Of a DNA stretch of 64,000 nucleotides, positions 9,087 through 19,254 are shown one piece after another. The stretch is from an uncultured Candidatus Saccharibacteria bacterium (GTDB taxonomy: Bacteria > Patescibacteriota > Andersenbacteria > UBA10190): NCBI GenBank assembly GCA_964562905.1, contig CAZLVG010000001.1, positions 2,297 to 66,296 of the forward strand, given 5' to 3'. Every line of letters starts with the position of its first letter. Position 1 is the first letter of the stretch. Made by a program: the position numbers and the translations under genes. The notes below the pieces were generated by a model, which ran no database searches, had not been told where the DNA came from, and was given only the letters and a program-made list of their open reading frames with translations.

Positions 9087-12000
9087 CTACACCGCCGGGG
9101 CGGGACTTGCTTGGGGAACCACGGGCATAAGGTCAACCTTGAGTTGAAGCTTGGCGTCGCGGGCAGAGGTAATTTGAACATTGTCCCGGGTAAAAGGCGC
9201 GTAGCCCGGCTTGGACACCGTCACCGTGTAACGGCCGGGCGGCGGCAGAGCGAAAAAGCGCCCGCGGTTGTCCGCCACGCGCGTCATGACCAGGCGGTTG
9301 GTCCCCCGCTCGTACAACCTGACCACCGCCAGGCCCAGCGGCACGTGGCTGACAGCGTCCCGCACCAGGCCATAGGACGGCTGCCGGCGCGCTTCCGACA
9401 CGATCTTGGCCACCACCAGCAACACGTACCCCAGCTCCAGGGTAAGAAACAGAGAACCGGGCGACATCAACAGCAATACCGTATTAAGCAAGGAACCGGC
9501 GATAAACACGGGCCAAGACAGCCGGTGGCCTTGGTACTGCGCCGCCTGCCATAAGCCCAGCCAGCGGGCTCTGAACGAGCCCACCGCCTCGCCGGTGGGC
9601 TTTAGGGGAATAACCAGATCTATCGGCTTACCTTCATCAACAATACTCAATTTTCCACCCGTGTATACCACCTCGCCTTCTTTAGCCTCAAAAGCCGAGG
9701 CCGCGGGCGCGAAGGCGAAACCTTCCGCCCTGACGGCTAAAGTGTATTCCCCCGGTGGCAGCGCCACGGCAAATAGACCTTTAGTGTTAGTGTAGAGCTT
9801 GCGCTTAACATTCTTGAGGCGATTATAAACTGTCACCCGCGCCCCTACCACTGGCTCCCCCGTCCGGTGATGCACCACCCGGCCATGATGCCAGGGGCCT
9901 TTGCGCCCCCGCAGCAAGGAAACCGCTTTTTCCAAGCGCCTCTTCCCCACCAGTTGCCCGAGGCGCTCCAGCAGGGAAATAAGGCCGGCCAGCAGTGATA
10001 CCGCGAACAAAGCTATATCCAACGGCCGCAGCACCAGGGAGATCAACGGCGGCGTCTCACGGACAGGCTCCACCAACTCCTCCTGTTCCTCTTCAACGCC
10101 GGCCGCCTCTTCCGGCAAGGCTCTGGTCACCACGGTAACCGTGTCGCTGTCCGCCAGCCCCTCCGCGTCCCGGACCACCAAGCTGAATATGTAAACCTCA
10201 CTCTCGCCCACCGCCCTGAAAGACGAAGTGGCGGCATCAGACGAGCTCAAATCAACCACGGGGCCGTCCAGCTGGCGCCACTGGTAACTCAATGGCGTGC
10301 CCTCGGGGTCGCGGGAGTCCGTGCCGTTTAAAATGACCAGGTCATCAGAACTTACCACCTGGTCTTCGCCGGCATCGGCTTCCGGAGGCAAATTTTTCGG
10401 AGTAGGGGAAGGAGAAAGCCGCGGCCCGGACGGCGAGGGGGAGGCGGCGGGGGAGGCAGGCACGGACGCCCCGGGAGAGGCTGGCGCCGGCCCGGTGGGG
10501 GCGGGCGCGGGGCTGGCCGGCAACGCCGGCGAAGCGGTGACCGCCCGCGCGCTGGGCGCCCAGGCTTCATTGCCGTAACTGTCCGTGGCATACAACTTGA
10601 ATGAATAGCGAGTGTTGGAAGATAACCCCGTCACCGTGGTACCCGTCGCGTCAACATCAGCCATCGTCTCGTCGTCTTCCTTGTCCCACTTCTGTGACGC
10701 GCGCTCCAGCACCGCCGCGTGGTCAGTGCCATAATACAGTTCATAAGTAAAGGAGTTGCTGTCCGTCGCCCGGCTCCAGGTCAACTGCACCGAGTCGGTA
10801 CCGGCCTGCGACACTTGGAAACCGGATAAAGAAGAAGGGGCGGCATTATCCACCTGGAAGGTATCGCTGATTGTTACTTCGCCCAAACCGGCGTCATCCC
10901 GCGGAATGACACGCAGGCGGACCGATGACGGTTCGCCCACGATGGGCCCGCCGGTATTCAAGGTGGACTGCGTATCCCACTTAAGCGTCACCTTCACGCT
11001 GCCCTCGTTAGTGTCTATAGCATTGTCTGTTCCCACTTGATAGCCATTACCGTTGGACAGGTCAGCCGATCCCTTGTCCGTACTGGCAGAGGTCAGCCAG
11101 GGCTTGTACCAGTGATCACCGTCCAGCGAGTACTGCACCCGCAATTTGGTCTGGTCCCGGTCGCCATCCGATACAGTAGTGGCAAAGGTGACGGTACCGG
11201 AGCCGTCGGTGCTCTGGGATATACTCGACGGCGCCGTAGCCGCCGGCGCGGCCGCCGTGCGCTCGTACCAGTACACGGTGCCCCGGTGGTGGTCGCCCGC
11301 CACGATATCAAAATCATTGTCGCCGTCAAGGTCGGACACGGCCACTCCCAGCACGCTCTGCAGGGAGCTGGTTATGGTTTTTTTGGTAAATGATTCGCTG
11401 CCGTCGTTATCAAACCAGTAAATACTGTTATCATCCTGGGCCGCGGCCACGATATCCTCATCGCCGTCCTCGTCCAAATCAACCGGGACGGCCGTTACCG
11501 CGTCCACGCTGGTGGCCACTTCTCCGCGCTGAAAGGCGTAAAAGTCAAGGTTCCGATACAATAACAGCATGTCGCCGGCCGGCTCCGCCGCGATGATGTC
11601 CCGCTTGCCGTCGCCATTAACATCGGCTGTGTCCAGGTATGTCTGCCCGGTGTTCGAGTCATCAATATCAATACGTGACCAACTGTACCCGTCAGCGGTG
11701 GACCAGCGCTGCAAGCCGGCGCTGCCGCCGGTGATTATGTCGTTATAACCGTTGGCGTTCACGTCGGCAATAGTAATGGCCGTCACGCCGGTGCCGGTGC
11801 CCATGGTGGAAGAGGTAAAAGTGCCGGAGCCGTTATTCATCCAACGTTCCAGCGTTACCTGTTCCCCGGCAGTGGTGGCTGTTACCACGTCTGGCGCGCC
11901 GTCACCGTCAATATCTCCGGCGTAAGCCTTACCCTGGCCGCCCGTTCCGATATCGGTACCGGAAAACTCAACCTCGCCCGTATTGCGGTACCAGCGCACG

Positions 12001-12434
12001 CTGGGCTGGGCGCTGGTAAAAGTAACCAGCAGGTCCTGGGCTCCGTCGCCGTCCAGATCAACCACCCGCACCCGCTCACTGTCTACGTCGTCCACCAGCT
12101 TAGCGGTAAACGTGCCGTCGTCATTGTTGATGTACACTTTTACCCCGTCCAGTCCGGCCGTTACCACATCCACGTCACCGTCATCATCTATGTCAGACGC
12201 CGCCACGCCCAATACCCCCACCGCTGACGTTTCCACTCCCATGACGTGCGCGGTGAAGTCCAGCGCTCCGGCCGGCCGCGGTACGGATAGAAACCGTATG
12301 CCGCCATAGGCCAGCGCCGCTGCCAAGCCCAGCGACAGCACGATCCTTAGCGCCGGCAAAGCTGAGACCCAGTGTGGACTAATCCGCCGGATGCTAAGGC
12401 TGGCCCTCTGTTTCCGCACTTGTCCGTTCATCAT
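9087..12434 (-). CDS. Large surface protein: FG-GAP/VCBS repeats, FN3, Pro/Ser/Ala linker, PKD-like domain, TM segments, carboxypeptidase-regulatory-like domains
   Basis: Repeated DxDGDGxxD motifs; VQLTW...TGLSSNTRYSFKLYATD; PEADAGEDQ...LSYQWRQLDGP; GRYTVTVSKPGY; start codon uncertain (overlaps leuS). Confidence 0.85.
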   Translation of the reverse strand: MMNGQVRKQRASLSIRRISPHWVSALPALRIVLSLGLAAALAYGGIRFLSVPRPAGALDFTAHVMGVETSAVGVLGVAASDIDDDGDVDVVTAGLDGVKVYINNDDGTFTAKLVDDVDSERVRVVDLDGDGAQDLLVTFTSAQPSVRWYRNTGEVEFSGTDIGTGGQGKAYAGDIDGDGAPDVVTATTAGEQVTLERWMNNGSGTFTSSTMGTGTGVTAITIADVNANGYNDIITGGSAGLQRWSTADGYSWSRIDIDDSNTGQTYLDTADVNGDGKRDIIAAEPAGDMLLLYRNLDFYAFQRGEVATSVDAVTAVPVDLDEDGDEDIVAAAQDDNSIYWFDNDGSESFTKKTITSSLQSVLGVAVSDLDGDNDFDIVAGDHHRGTVYWYERTAAAPAATAPSSISQSTDGSGTVTFATTVSDGDRDQTKLRVQYSLDGDHWYKPWLTSASTDKGSADLSNGNGYQVGTDNAIDTNEGSVKVTLKWDTQSTLNTGGPIVGEPSSVRLRVIPRDDAGLGEVTISDTFQVDNAAPSSLSGFQVSQAGTDSVQLTWSRATDSNSFTYELYYGTDHAAVLERASQKWDKEDDETMADVDATGTTVTGLSSNTRYSFKLYATDSYGNEAWAPSARAVTASPALPASPAPAPTGPAPASPGASVPASPAASPSPSGPRLSPSPTPKNLPPEADAGEDQVVSSDDLVILNGTDSRDPEGTPLSYQWRQLDGPVVDLSSSDAATSSFRAVGESEVYIFSLVVRDAEGLADSDTVTVVTRALPEEAAGVEEEQEELVEPVRETPPLISLVLRPLDIALFAVSLLAGLISLLERLGQLVGKRRLEKAVSLLRGRKGPWHHGRVVHHRTGEPVVGARVTVYNRLKNVKRKLYTNTKGLFAVALPPGEYTLAVRAEGFAFAPAASAFEAKEGEVVYTGGKLSIVDEGKPIDLVIPLKPTGEAVGSFRARWLGLWQAAQYQGHRLSWPVFIAGSLLNTVLLLMSPGSLFLTLELGYVLLVVAKIVSEARRQPSYGLVRDAVSHVPLGLAVVRLYERGTNRLVMTRVADNRGRFFALPPPGRYTVTVSKPGYAPFTRDNVQITSARDAKLQLKVDLMPVVPQASPAPAV

Positions 12435-14871
12435 TATTGTTCACCACAAAATTTATCATGCGCCCTTCCACATAAATAACTTTTGCCAGCTTCCCTTTCT
12501 CCAAATATTTCCTGACGTTAGCCAGCTGTTCTGCCCGCCGCTGAAGTAGCTGGCGGGAATCGCCCGCGGCCGCCTTAACCTCTCCCCTCACCCGGCCGTT
12601 AACCTGCACCGGCAAACTCACCTCCGTGGCCGCCAGCTTGTCCTCGTCATACTCCGGCCAATCGGCCCGGCTAACAGAAGGCTTATGGCCTGCCTTTTCC
12701 CACAGCTCCTCCGCCAAATGCGGGGCAAAGGGGGATAAAAGGATAATAAATGTCTCCCAGGTCCGGCGGGCCACCACCGGCTGCTCTTCCAGTTCGTTCA
12801 ACATCTCCATCATAGCCGCCACGGCCGTATTGAACTTTAGCCTGTCAATCCCCTCTGTCACCCGTTTGACCGTCCGCTGAAGCGCCAGGTCTACTTCTGC
12901 CGGCACGTCATTTTTGTCGGCAACTCTTTCCCCTACTTGCCAGACACGGTCAAAGAATCTCCTCACCCCTCTAACGCCGGCAGTATTCCACTCCACCGCC
13001 TTCTCAAAGGGACCTATAAACATCTCGTACGTCCGCAGCGTATCGGCGCCAAACTGCTGTGCCACTTCATCCGGATTGATCACGTTGCCCCGCGATTTTG
13101 ACATCTTAACGCCTGCCTTCCCCAGCACCATGCCGTGCGAGGTGCGCTTGGTATAAGGTTCACTGCTTGGCACCAAGCGCAAATCGTACAAAAACTTATG
13201 CCAAAATCTGGAATACAGTAAATGTAAAGTGGTGTGCTCCATGCCGCCATTGTAAAGATCCACCGGCATCCAATACGCCATAAGCTTCCCGCCGGCCAAC
13301 TCCTGGTCATTGCGGGGGTCGGTATACCGCAGGTAATACCAGGACGACCCAGCCCAGTTAGGCATGGTGTCGGTTTCCCGCCGGCCCTTTCCTCCGCAGG
13401 TTGGGCATGAGGCGTTAACCCACTCGGCCACGTTGGCCAAAGGAGAGCGGCCGGTATCAGTTGGTTCGTACCGCTCAACTTTAGGCAGCTCCACCGGTAA
13501 ATCTTCCTCGGGAACGGGAACTTCACCACATTCGTTGCAATAAATGATAGGAATCGGCTCGCCCCAATAGTGCTGCCGGGAAAACACCCAGTCCCTTAAA
13601 CGATAGGTAACTGCCCTCTTCCCCCTGCCCCTCTCCTCCAAATAATCCATGACCTTCTCTTTGGCTTCACTAGTCTTAAGACCATTCAAAAATCCTGAAT
13701 TAACCATTCGGCCCTCGCCCTCTTCCACCTGCTCTGTCTTGGTTATGGGCAAATCGTCGCCGCCTGGTCCGACCACCACGCGTTTTATCGGAAGTCCTAC
13801 GGCCTGGGCGAAGTCAAAATCCCGCCTGTCGTGCCCGGGCACCCCGACTACGGCCCCCGTACCCACATAAGCCAGGACAAAATCTGCTACCCAGATGAGC
13901 ATTTTCTCGCCCGTCAGGGTGTTCTTGGCTGAATATCCGGTGAACACGCCCGTCTTTCTTCCGCCTTCCTCCTGTCTCTCCAGTTCGGACTTGCGCAAAG
14001 CCGCTTTGACGTATTCAGTTATCTTGTCCCTGTTTTCCGAAGGTAGCTCCCCTTTGATTATCTTCTTTACCCAATCATGCTCCGGCGCCAACACCACAAA
14101 AGTGGCGCCGAAATTAGTGTCCGGCCTGGTGGTAAAACAGGTAATGCCGCGTCCAGTCCCGCCGACTTCGTACGTTATTTCCATTCCCTCGCTGCGGCCG
14201 ATCCAGTTTTTTTGTTGCTCTTTCACCCGCCGGGGGAAGTCCACTTCTTCCAATCCCGCCAGCAATTTATCCGCGTAAGCCGTAATGCGCAGCATCCATT
14301 GCTCCATCTCGCGTCTCTCAACTCGGCCTTCACATCTTTCGCACGCACCGCCTGCCACCTCTTCGTTCGCCAGTCCAATTTTGCAGGATGGGCACCAGTT
14401 AATAGGAGCTTTCTGCTTGTAGGCCAGCCCGTTTTTATATAACTGCAGGAAAATCCACTGTGTCCATCGGTAATAACCAGGATCCGTGGTATTTATTTCC
14501 CGAGTCCAGTCAAAAGAAAAACCCAATGATTTCAGCTGTTTCCGGAAGGTGTCGGTATTTCTCCGAGTCGCCTGGGCGGGATGGATGCCGGTCTTAATAG
14601 CGTAATTTTCCGTGGGGAGACCAAAAGCGTCCCAGCCCATGGGGAATAAAACATTGTAGCCTTCCATGCGGCTCTTTCTGGCTACTACGTCCAGCGCCGT
14701 ATAACCGCGACAATGCCCGACGTGCAGACCGTCACCGGAAGGATAGGGAAATTCCACCAGAATATATTTTTTAGGCTTGCTAGAAAAATCTTCGGCTGTA
14801 AAGATCCCCCTTTCCTCCCAGTACCTCTGCCATTTTTTTTTGATTATTTTTGGATCGTACCTCGCGGACAT
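12394..14871 (-). CDS. leuS: Leucine--tRNA ligase
   Basis: FPYPSGDGLHVGH, GWDAFGLP, FTTRPDT, KMSKS. Confidence 0.98.
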   Translation of the reverse strand: MSARYDPKIIKKKWQRYWEERGIFTAEDFSSKPKKYILVEFPYPSGDGLHVGHCRGYTALDVVARKSRMEGYNVLFPMGWDAFGLPTENYAIKTGIHPAQATRRNTDTFRKQLKSLGFSFDWTREINTTDPGYYRWTQWIFLQLYKNGLAYKQKAPINWCPSCKIGLANEEVAGGACERCEGRVERREMEQWMLRITAYADKLLAGLEEVDFPRRVKEQQKNWIGRSEGMEITYEVGGTGRGITCFTTRPDTNFGATFVVLAPEHDWVKKIIKGELPSENRDKITEYVKAALRKSELERQEEGGRKTGVFTGYSAKNTLTGEKMLIWVADFVLAYVGTGAVVGVPGHDRRDFDFAQAVGLPIKRVVVGPGGDDLPITKTEQVEEGEGRMVNSGFLNGLKTSEAKEKVMDYLEERGRGKRAVTYRLRDWVFSRQHYWGEPIPIIYCNECGEVPVPEEDLPVELPKVERYEPTDTGRSPLANVAEWVNASCPTCGGKGRRETDTMPNWAGSSWYYLRYTDPRNDQELAGGKLMAYWMPVDLYNGGMEHTTLHLLYSRFWHKFLYDLRLVPSSEPYTKRTSHGMVLGKAGVKMSKSRGNVINPDEVAQQFGADTLRTYEMFIGPFEKAVEWNTAGVRGVRRFFDRVWQVGERVADKNDVPAEVDLALQRTVKRVTEGIDRLKFNTAVAAMMEMLNELEEQPVVARRTWETFIILLSPFAPHLAEELWEKAGHKPSVSRADWPEYDEDKLAATEVSLPVQVNGRVRGEVKAAAGDSRQLLQRRAEQLANVRKYLEKGKLAKVIYVEGRMINFVVNNNDERTSAETEGQP

Positions 14872-14886
14872 AGTTTTCAGTATACT

Positions 14887-16209
14887 CTAATGTAGCAGCT
14901 TGCGTGCTACCTCCACGCGCCGCTTTACTTCCTTCTCAAATCCTTCTTCGCCCGGACAGTAATAAATATTTTCCTGTATTTCATCCGGACGGTACCGCTG
15001 TTTAACCACATGGCCGGGGAAATCATGAGGATATTTGTAACCTACGCCCCGGCCGTGCTTTTTCATGTCCTCCACTGGCGCGTTGGTAATATGTCCGGGA
15101 GGCCGGGCATTACCGTACTTTTCCACATCTTCCTTAGCCGCTTCCTTGGCCGCGTACACGCTGTTGCTCTTGGGAGCAGACGCCAGGTAAGTGGCCGCTT
15201 GCGCCAGGGCAAACTCTGCTTCCGGCAGTCCTACCCACTCCAGTGTTTGCGCCGCCGAGACTGCCACCATTAAAGAGTGCGGGTCGGCGTTGCCGATATC
15301 CTCGGAAGCGAAGATAAGCATGCGCCGCATGATAAATTTAGGGTCTTCCCCAGCCGCCAGCATACGAAAAAGATAAAACAGCGCCGCGTCGGGATCGGAG
15401 CCCCGCAGGCTTTTGATAAAAGCGGAAATGGTATCGTAGTGGACGTCTCCGGCTTTATCGTATTGAACAACGGTGTGTTGCGCGGCCGCTTCCACCTGCC
15501 GCCGGCCGATTTTACCTTCCCGCGTCGTTACTGCCGCTCTTTCAAGCACATTAAGCGCCCGGCGGGCGTCGCCTCCGGACATTTCCACCAACAGCTTCCC
15601 GGCCGCCGCCGATAAAGTAATTCCGGCATCGGCACCTTCGCCCAGCACAGACAGAGCGCGCTTTATTATCTTTTTCATAGCTGCCGGCCCCAACGCCTCC
15701 AACCGCACTACCTGCGCCCGGGACACCAAAGCCTTTATCACCTCAAAATAAGGGTTTTCCGTGGTCGCCCCCACTAAAGTAACCGTGCCCTCTTCCACGG
15801 CAGGCAGCAACACATCCTGCTGTGCCTTATTAAAACGGTGTATTTCATCCACTATCAGTACCGTCCTTTGGCCCAACCGCTGTCGGTTGCCAGCCGCGTC
15901 AATCACTTTCCGTAAATCCTTAACTCCGGCTGCCACGGCGCTTACTCTTTCCGGCGCTGCCTTCATTCTGTCCGCGATAAGGTAAGCCAGTGTGGTCTTG
16001 CCCGCCCCCGGCGGGCCCCATAGGATAAGCGATCCTGCCTGCCCCCGCTCCACGGCCCGGCGCAGCGCGGTGCCGGAACCCAATATCTTTTTCTGCCCCG
16101 CGAAGTCACCCAGCTTCCGCGGCCTGACCCGCGCGGCCAACGGCCGGCCCTGGCTTCGGTCGGAACTAGGCCAAAAATCATTATGTCGTTCTGCGGCAGT
16201 TCGCTTCAT
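14887..16209 (-). CDS. rarA: Replication-associated recombination protein A (MgsA) AAA+ ATPase
   Basis: [50 protein letters not shown]. Confidence 0.97.
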   Translation of the reverse strand: MKRTAAERHNDFWPSSDRSQGRPLAARVRPRKLGDFAGQKKILGSGTALRRAVERGQAGSLILWGPPGAGKTTLAYLIADRMKAAPERVSAVAAGVKDLRKVIDAAGNRQRLGQRTVLIVDEIHRFNKAQQDVLLPAVEEGTVTLVGATTENPYFEVIKALVSRAQVVRLEALGPAAMKKIIKRALSVLGEGADAGITLSAAAGKLLVEMSGGDARRALNVLERAAVTTREGKIGRRQVEAAAQHTVVQYDKAGDVHYDTISAFIKSLRGSDPDAALFYLFRMLAAGEDPKFIMRRMLIFASEDIGNADPHSLMVAVSAAQTLEWVGLPEAEFALAQAATYLASAPKSNSVYAAKEAAKEDVEKYGNARPPGHITNAPVEDMKKHGRGVGYKYPHDFPGHVVKQRYRPDEIQENIYYCPGEEGFEKEVKRRVEVARKLLH

Positions 16210-16228
16210 ATCCTAAAAATACAAGTAA

Positions 16229-17794
16229 TCAGCGGTAACAGCGAACCGAGAATAAACTTTCTTTTTGGCTTACCTCCCGGAAAGATGCGTCGCCCGCCGG
16301 CTTCAAACTGCGATCGAGCACGTTATACACCAGACAGGATCCTTTTTGGACCGCTAGCGAACCGTACTCAACTGGAATGTCTTTATTGTCAATCAAACGG
16401 CGGTAAAAACCGACATCCGCCCAGTTAATACTTCCGTGCTTGTCATCCGACACAACTATTTCTTCCGGCCGCTGTCGCACGGCCGCCCGCAGCGCTTCCT
16501 TAAAGCCATAACCATTAAAAGCCTCCACGCTTTTGCCCGGATAAACCGTAAAATAGTTAGCCGTAAAAGCCGACGCCTCCAGCGCCAGTAAAACGAATAC
16601 GGCGGCAACCAATAATGTCTTCCCTCGGCTAAAAGTTTTCAGAATGTACGCCAGGCCATAACCGGAAACAATCAATATAATAAGCCCCATGCTCATGGTG
16701 CGCGTCACGTGTCCCGTGCCCGCGGTTAAGGTTAACGCCGCCGCGGTGGGCGCGGCGGCTAAGTTTAGCAGCAAAAACACGCCGTACCTATCCTTATCAG
16801 AACGTTTTTTCCAAAGAAATGCTGCCAGTCCCATCATAAAGAGCACAAAGACCGTTACCAATAACTCCCCTCCGTAGCCAATGGCGTGTCTTAGATTAGA
16901 GTCACCTTCCAAAAGCAAATAATAAGGGCCAAAATGACGGATGTAGTTAACAATGAAAGTCATAATTTTATACGGCCAATCCACGGCGGATGAATAAAGG
17001 TAAGTTATAGACTTAAAGCGGGCGGTCAGAGCGCCCGGGTGGGACAGCAGAAAATACAGGTAAGGCGTCACCGCGGCGGTAAAGGCCGCCGCCACCAGCC
17101 AGGCCTTCTTGATCCGGCGCCGACGCGCGTACACCAACACCCACGCCAGAAACATGGCCCAAGTCAAAAGCCGCCTCGGGGAATGGGTGTATATTGACAG
17201 GCCCATAAAAAGGCCGGCCAGCGCCTGGTACCATAAATTTCGTACGCCTCCGTTACGATGATACGCCAGGTACAAAAACAACAAGGCGTACACCACTACC
17301 GTCAACTCTGACACAGTTTCAAAGGCAACGCGCGACATAGTGAAAAACCACGGCAGAAAAGCGGCGGCGGCTAAAGTGTACAAAGTTACTATTCTGCTTC
17401 TGAACATCTGGTGCAGCAGAATGCCCGTCCCCACCCAAAAAGCCAGAAAAAATGCCGCGCTGGTAGCCCGCAGGGTAAATTCCGACGGTCCGAACAGATA
17501 AAACATCAGCGCGGCGCCGCATATATAAATCGGATTCTTGTACTCCCCGAACGCTTTGAAATACAAGGGGAGGAAGGCGCCGTGTTCATCCCGTCCGGTC
17601 TCGGCCACCAGGATTGCGTTATAACCAATGGAAGTCTCGTCCGCGTACAATCCCCTGGGAACACTGTCCAACTGCCACCCATGGACAAATAATGTTAACA
17701 GCAACAGCGCCAGTAAAGCCGCGCCGAACCATATTTTGCCGCTATTGAATATAGGCACCATCGGACTACTTAGTTCTTTAACCGTTCGTTTCAT
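16229..17794 (-). CDS. GT-C fold glycosyltransferase (ArnT/GT39-like)
   Basis: TM1 followed by DE motif (YADETSIGYNA), TGRDEHG..LPLYF, multiple TM segments. Confidence 0.85.
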   Translation of the reverse strand: MKRTVKELSSPMVPIFNSGKIWFGAALLALLLLTLFVHGWQLDSVPRGLYADETSIGYNAILVAETGRDEHGAFLPLYFKAFGEYKNPIYICGAALMFYLFGPSEFTLRATSAAFFLAFWVGTGILLHQMFRSRIVTLYTLAAAAFLPWFFTMSRVAFETVSELTVVVYALLFLYLAYHRNGGVRNLWYQALAGLFMGLSIYTHSPRRLLTWAMFLAWVLVYARRRRIKKAWLVAAAFTAAVTPYLYFLLSHPGALTARFKSITYLYSSAVDWPYKIMTFIVNYIRHFGPYYLLLEGDSNLRHAIGYGGELLVTVFVLFMMGLAAFLWKKRSDKDRYGVFLLLNLAAAPTAAALTLTAGTGHVTRTMSMGLIILIVSGYGLAYILKTFSRGKTLLVAAVFVLLALEASAFTANYFTVYPGKSVEAFNGYGFKEALRAAVRQRPEEIVVSDDKHGSINWADVGFYRRLIDNKDIPVEYGSLAVQKGSCLVYNVLDRSLKPAGDASFREVSQKESLFSVRCYR

Positions 17795-17835
17795 ACTCTG
17801 ACCTTACAACACCCGGCTGCCCGCGCCAATGTGGT

Positions 17836-19245
17836 ATGCTGGGGCCTAGCAAGTTTATGGCTCCAATTAATAAAACTTTTGCCGCGCTTCTCCTGGTAAT
17901 AACCTTGCTGGGTCTGGGCCTGCGGCTCGTACGCTATGACTCGGTACCGCCTTTTACCGAGACGGCCGATGAGTTTATCTATCCCTGGTACGGGATGTCG
18001 CTACTAAAAGAGGGTGTGCCTACCAGTTGGTCCAATTTTGCCGCTTATGAAGAATTTGAAGAAGTTGAAATATGGGGTCAATACTACCGCCTGGTGACTC
18101 CTTATCTGGACAAACCGCCCTTATATCCGCTGATCACCGGCGGCGCTGCGCTCATGACAGGAGCCTCTGCTTTTTCTGACGTGCGCCTTGCGGTATTAAG
18201 ACTTATACCGATAGCGTTGAGTGTAGTCACTATATTTTTGACTGGTCTTGTCGGACGGCGCTATTTCGACCGTAACACAGGTCTTTTGGCCGCTGCTTTG
18301 TACGCCACGATCCCAACCGTAGTTTTATCTAACAGACTTTCCGTCGCCGAAAACCTGCTAACCCCCCTCGTTCTGGCAGGCTTATTCCTGCTGGCCGGCC
18401 GGTTAAAGACAGAATTATCGCGCGCGGCCCTGATATTGCTAGGCTTGCTGTCGGGCCTGGCCGTTTTGACCAAACAAACCGGTCTGGCGCTGGCGGCGGT
18501 TTTTTGCTGCTTTTTTCTGTCGCGACGGCAGTGGAAAAGAGCTTTATTCATGGCCTTAGCCGCCTTGGCATCCCTGGAGATTTATTTTGCTTTCGCCGCC
18601 TATTATGACTGGCAGTTATTCGCCAGCGTTGTGCGTGAGTTCAGCGGCTATCACACCGCCGGCGCACCCGAAATAGCTTACGCGATTTTCCGCCTGCCCC
18701 TGGTCGGCCACGGCGGAGGCCTCTTCTTTGACGGCGCCGTGCTGGCCGGCTACATTCTGCTGTTTGCCTCTCCTTTTTGGCTGCTTAATGAACACAAAAA
18801 AGGTCTCTCCTATCTCCAAACGTCCCTGCTGCTTGGTTTTCCCTTTATTTATACGATTGTTTTGGGCCTTATGGAATCAGGACATAAGTCAGCCTACTTT
18901 TTCGGTTGGCACCTGTACCCTCTCTTTCCTTTTTTAACACTGTTACTGGCCAAGGCTATGCTGGACCTGTGGCAGCGGCCGGACATCTTAAAGGCGGCCT
19001 TCTTGTACCTTGTCTTGGGGTCATCCACTGTTAGTTTTCTTCTGTTCCTTTTTCCGCGTTTTCAAGACTGGTGGCAGTTTATTCTCACTGTTATGTTCGC
19101 GGCCGCCGCTGTGTTTTTTCTGTCGCCCCGCCCCAAAGACCGTCGCGCTTTGCTGACAGTCAGTTTTATCATTTTTATGGCCGTTAATATTACGACGGTG
19201 CTGTTCGCGTTCCACCTTTATCCCAGCGGGCCGCAGCCTCTTTAA
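17836..19245 (+). CDS. GT-C fold glycosyltransferase (ArnT/GT39-like); start may be ATG 17857
   Basis: TADEFIY, YLDKPPLY, LAVLTK motifs; polytopic. Confidence 0.85.
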   Translation: MLGPSKFMAPINKTFAALLLVITLLGLGLRLVRYDSVPPFTETADEFIYPWYGMSLLKEGVPTSWSNFAAYEEFEEVEIWGQYYRLVTPYLDKPPLYPLITGGAALMTGASAFSDVRLAVLRLIPIALSVVTIFLTGLVGRRYFDRNTGLLAAALYATIPTVVLSNRLSVAENLLTPLVLAGLFLLAGRLKTELSRAALILLGLLSGLAVLTKQTGLALAAVFCCFFLSRRQWKRALFMALAALASLEIYFAFAAYYDWQLFASVVREFSGYHTAGAPEIAYAIFRLPLVGHGGGLFFDGAVLAGYILLFASPFWLLNEHKKGLSYLQTSLLLGFPFIYTIVLGLMESGHKSAYFFGWHLYPLFPFLTLLLAKAMLDLWQRPDILKAAFLYLVLGSSTVSFLLFLFPRFQDWWQFILTVMFAAAAVFFLSPRPKDRRALLTVSFIIFMAVNITTVLFAFHLYPSGPQPL

Positions 19246-19254
19246 GCCGACTGC

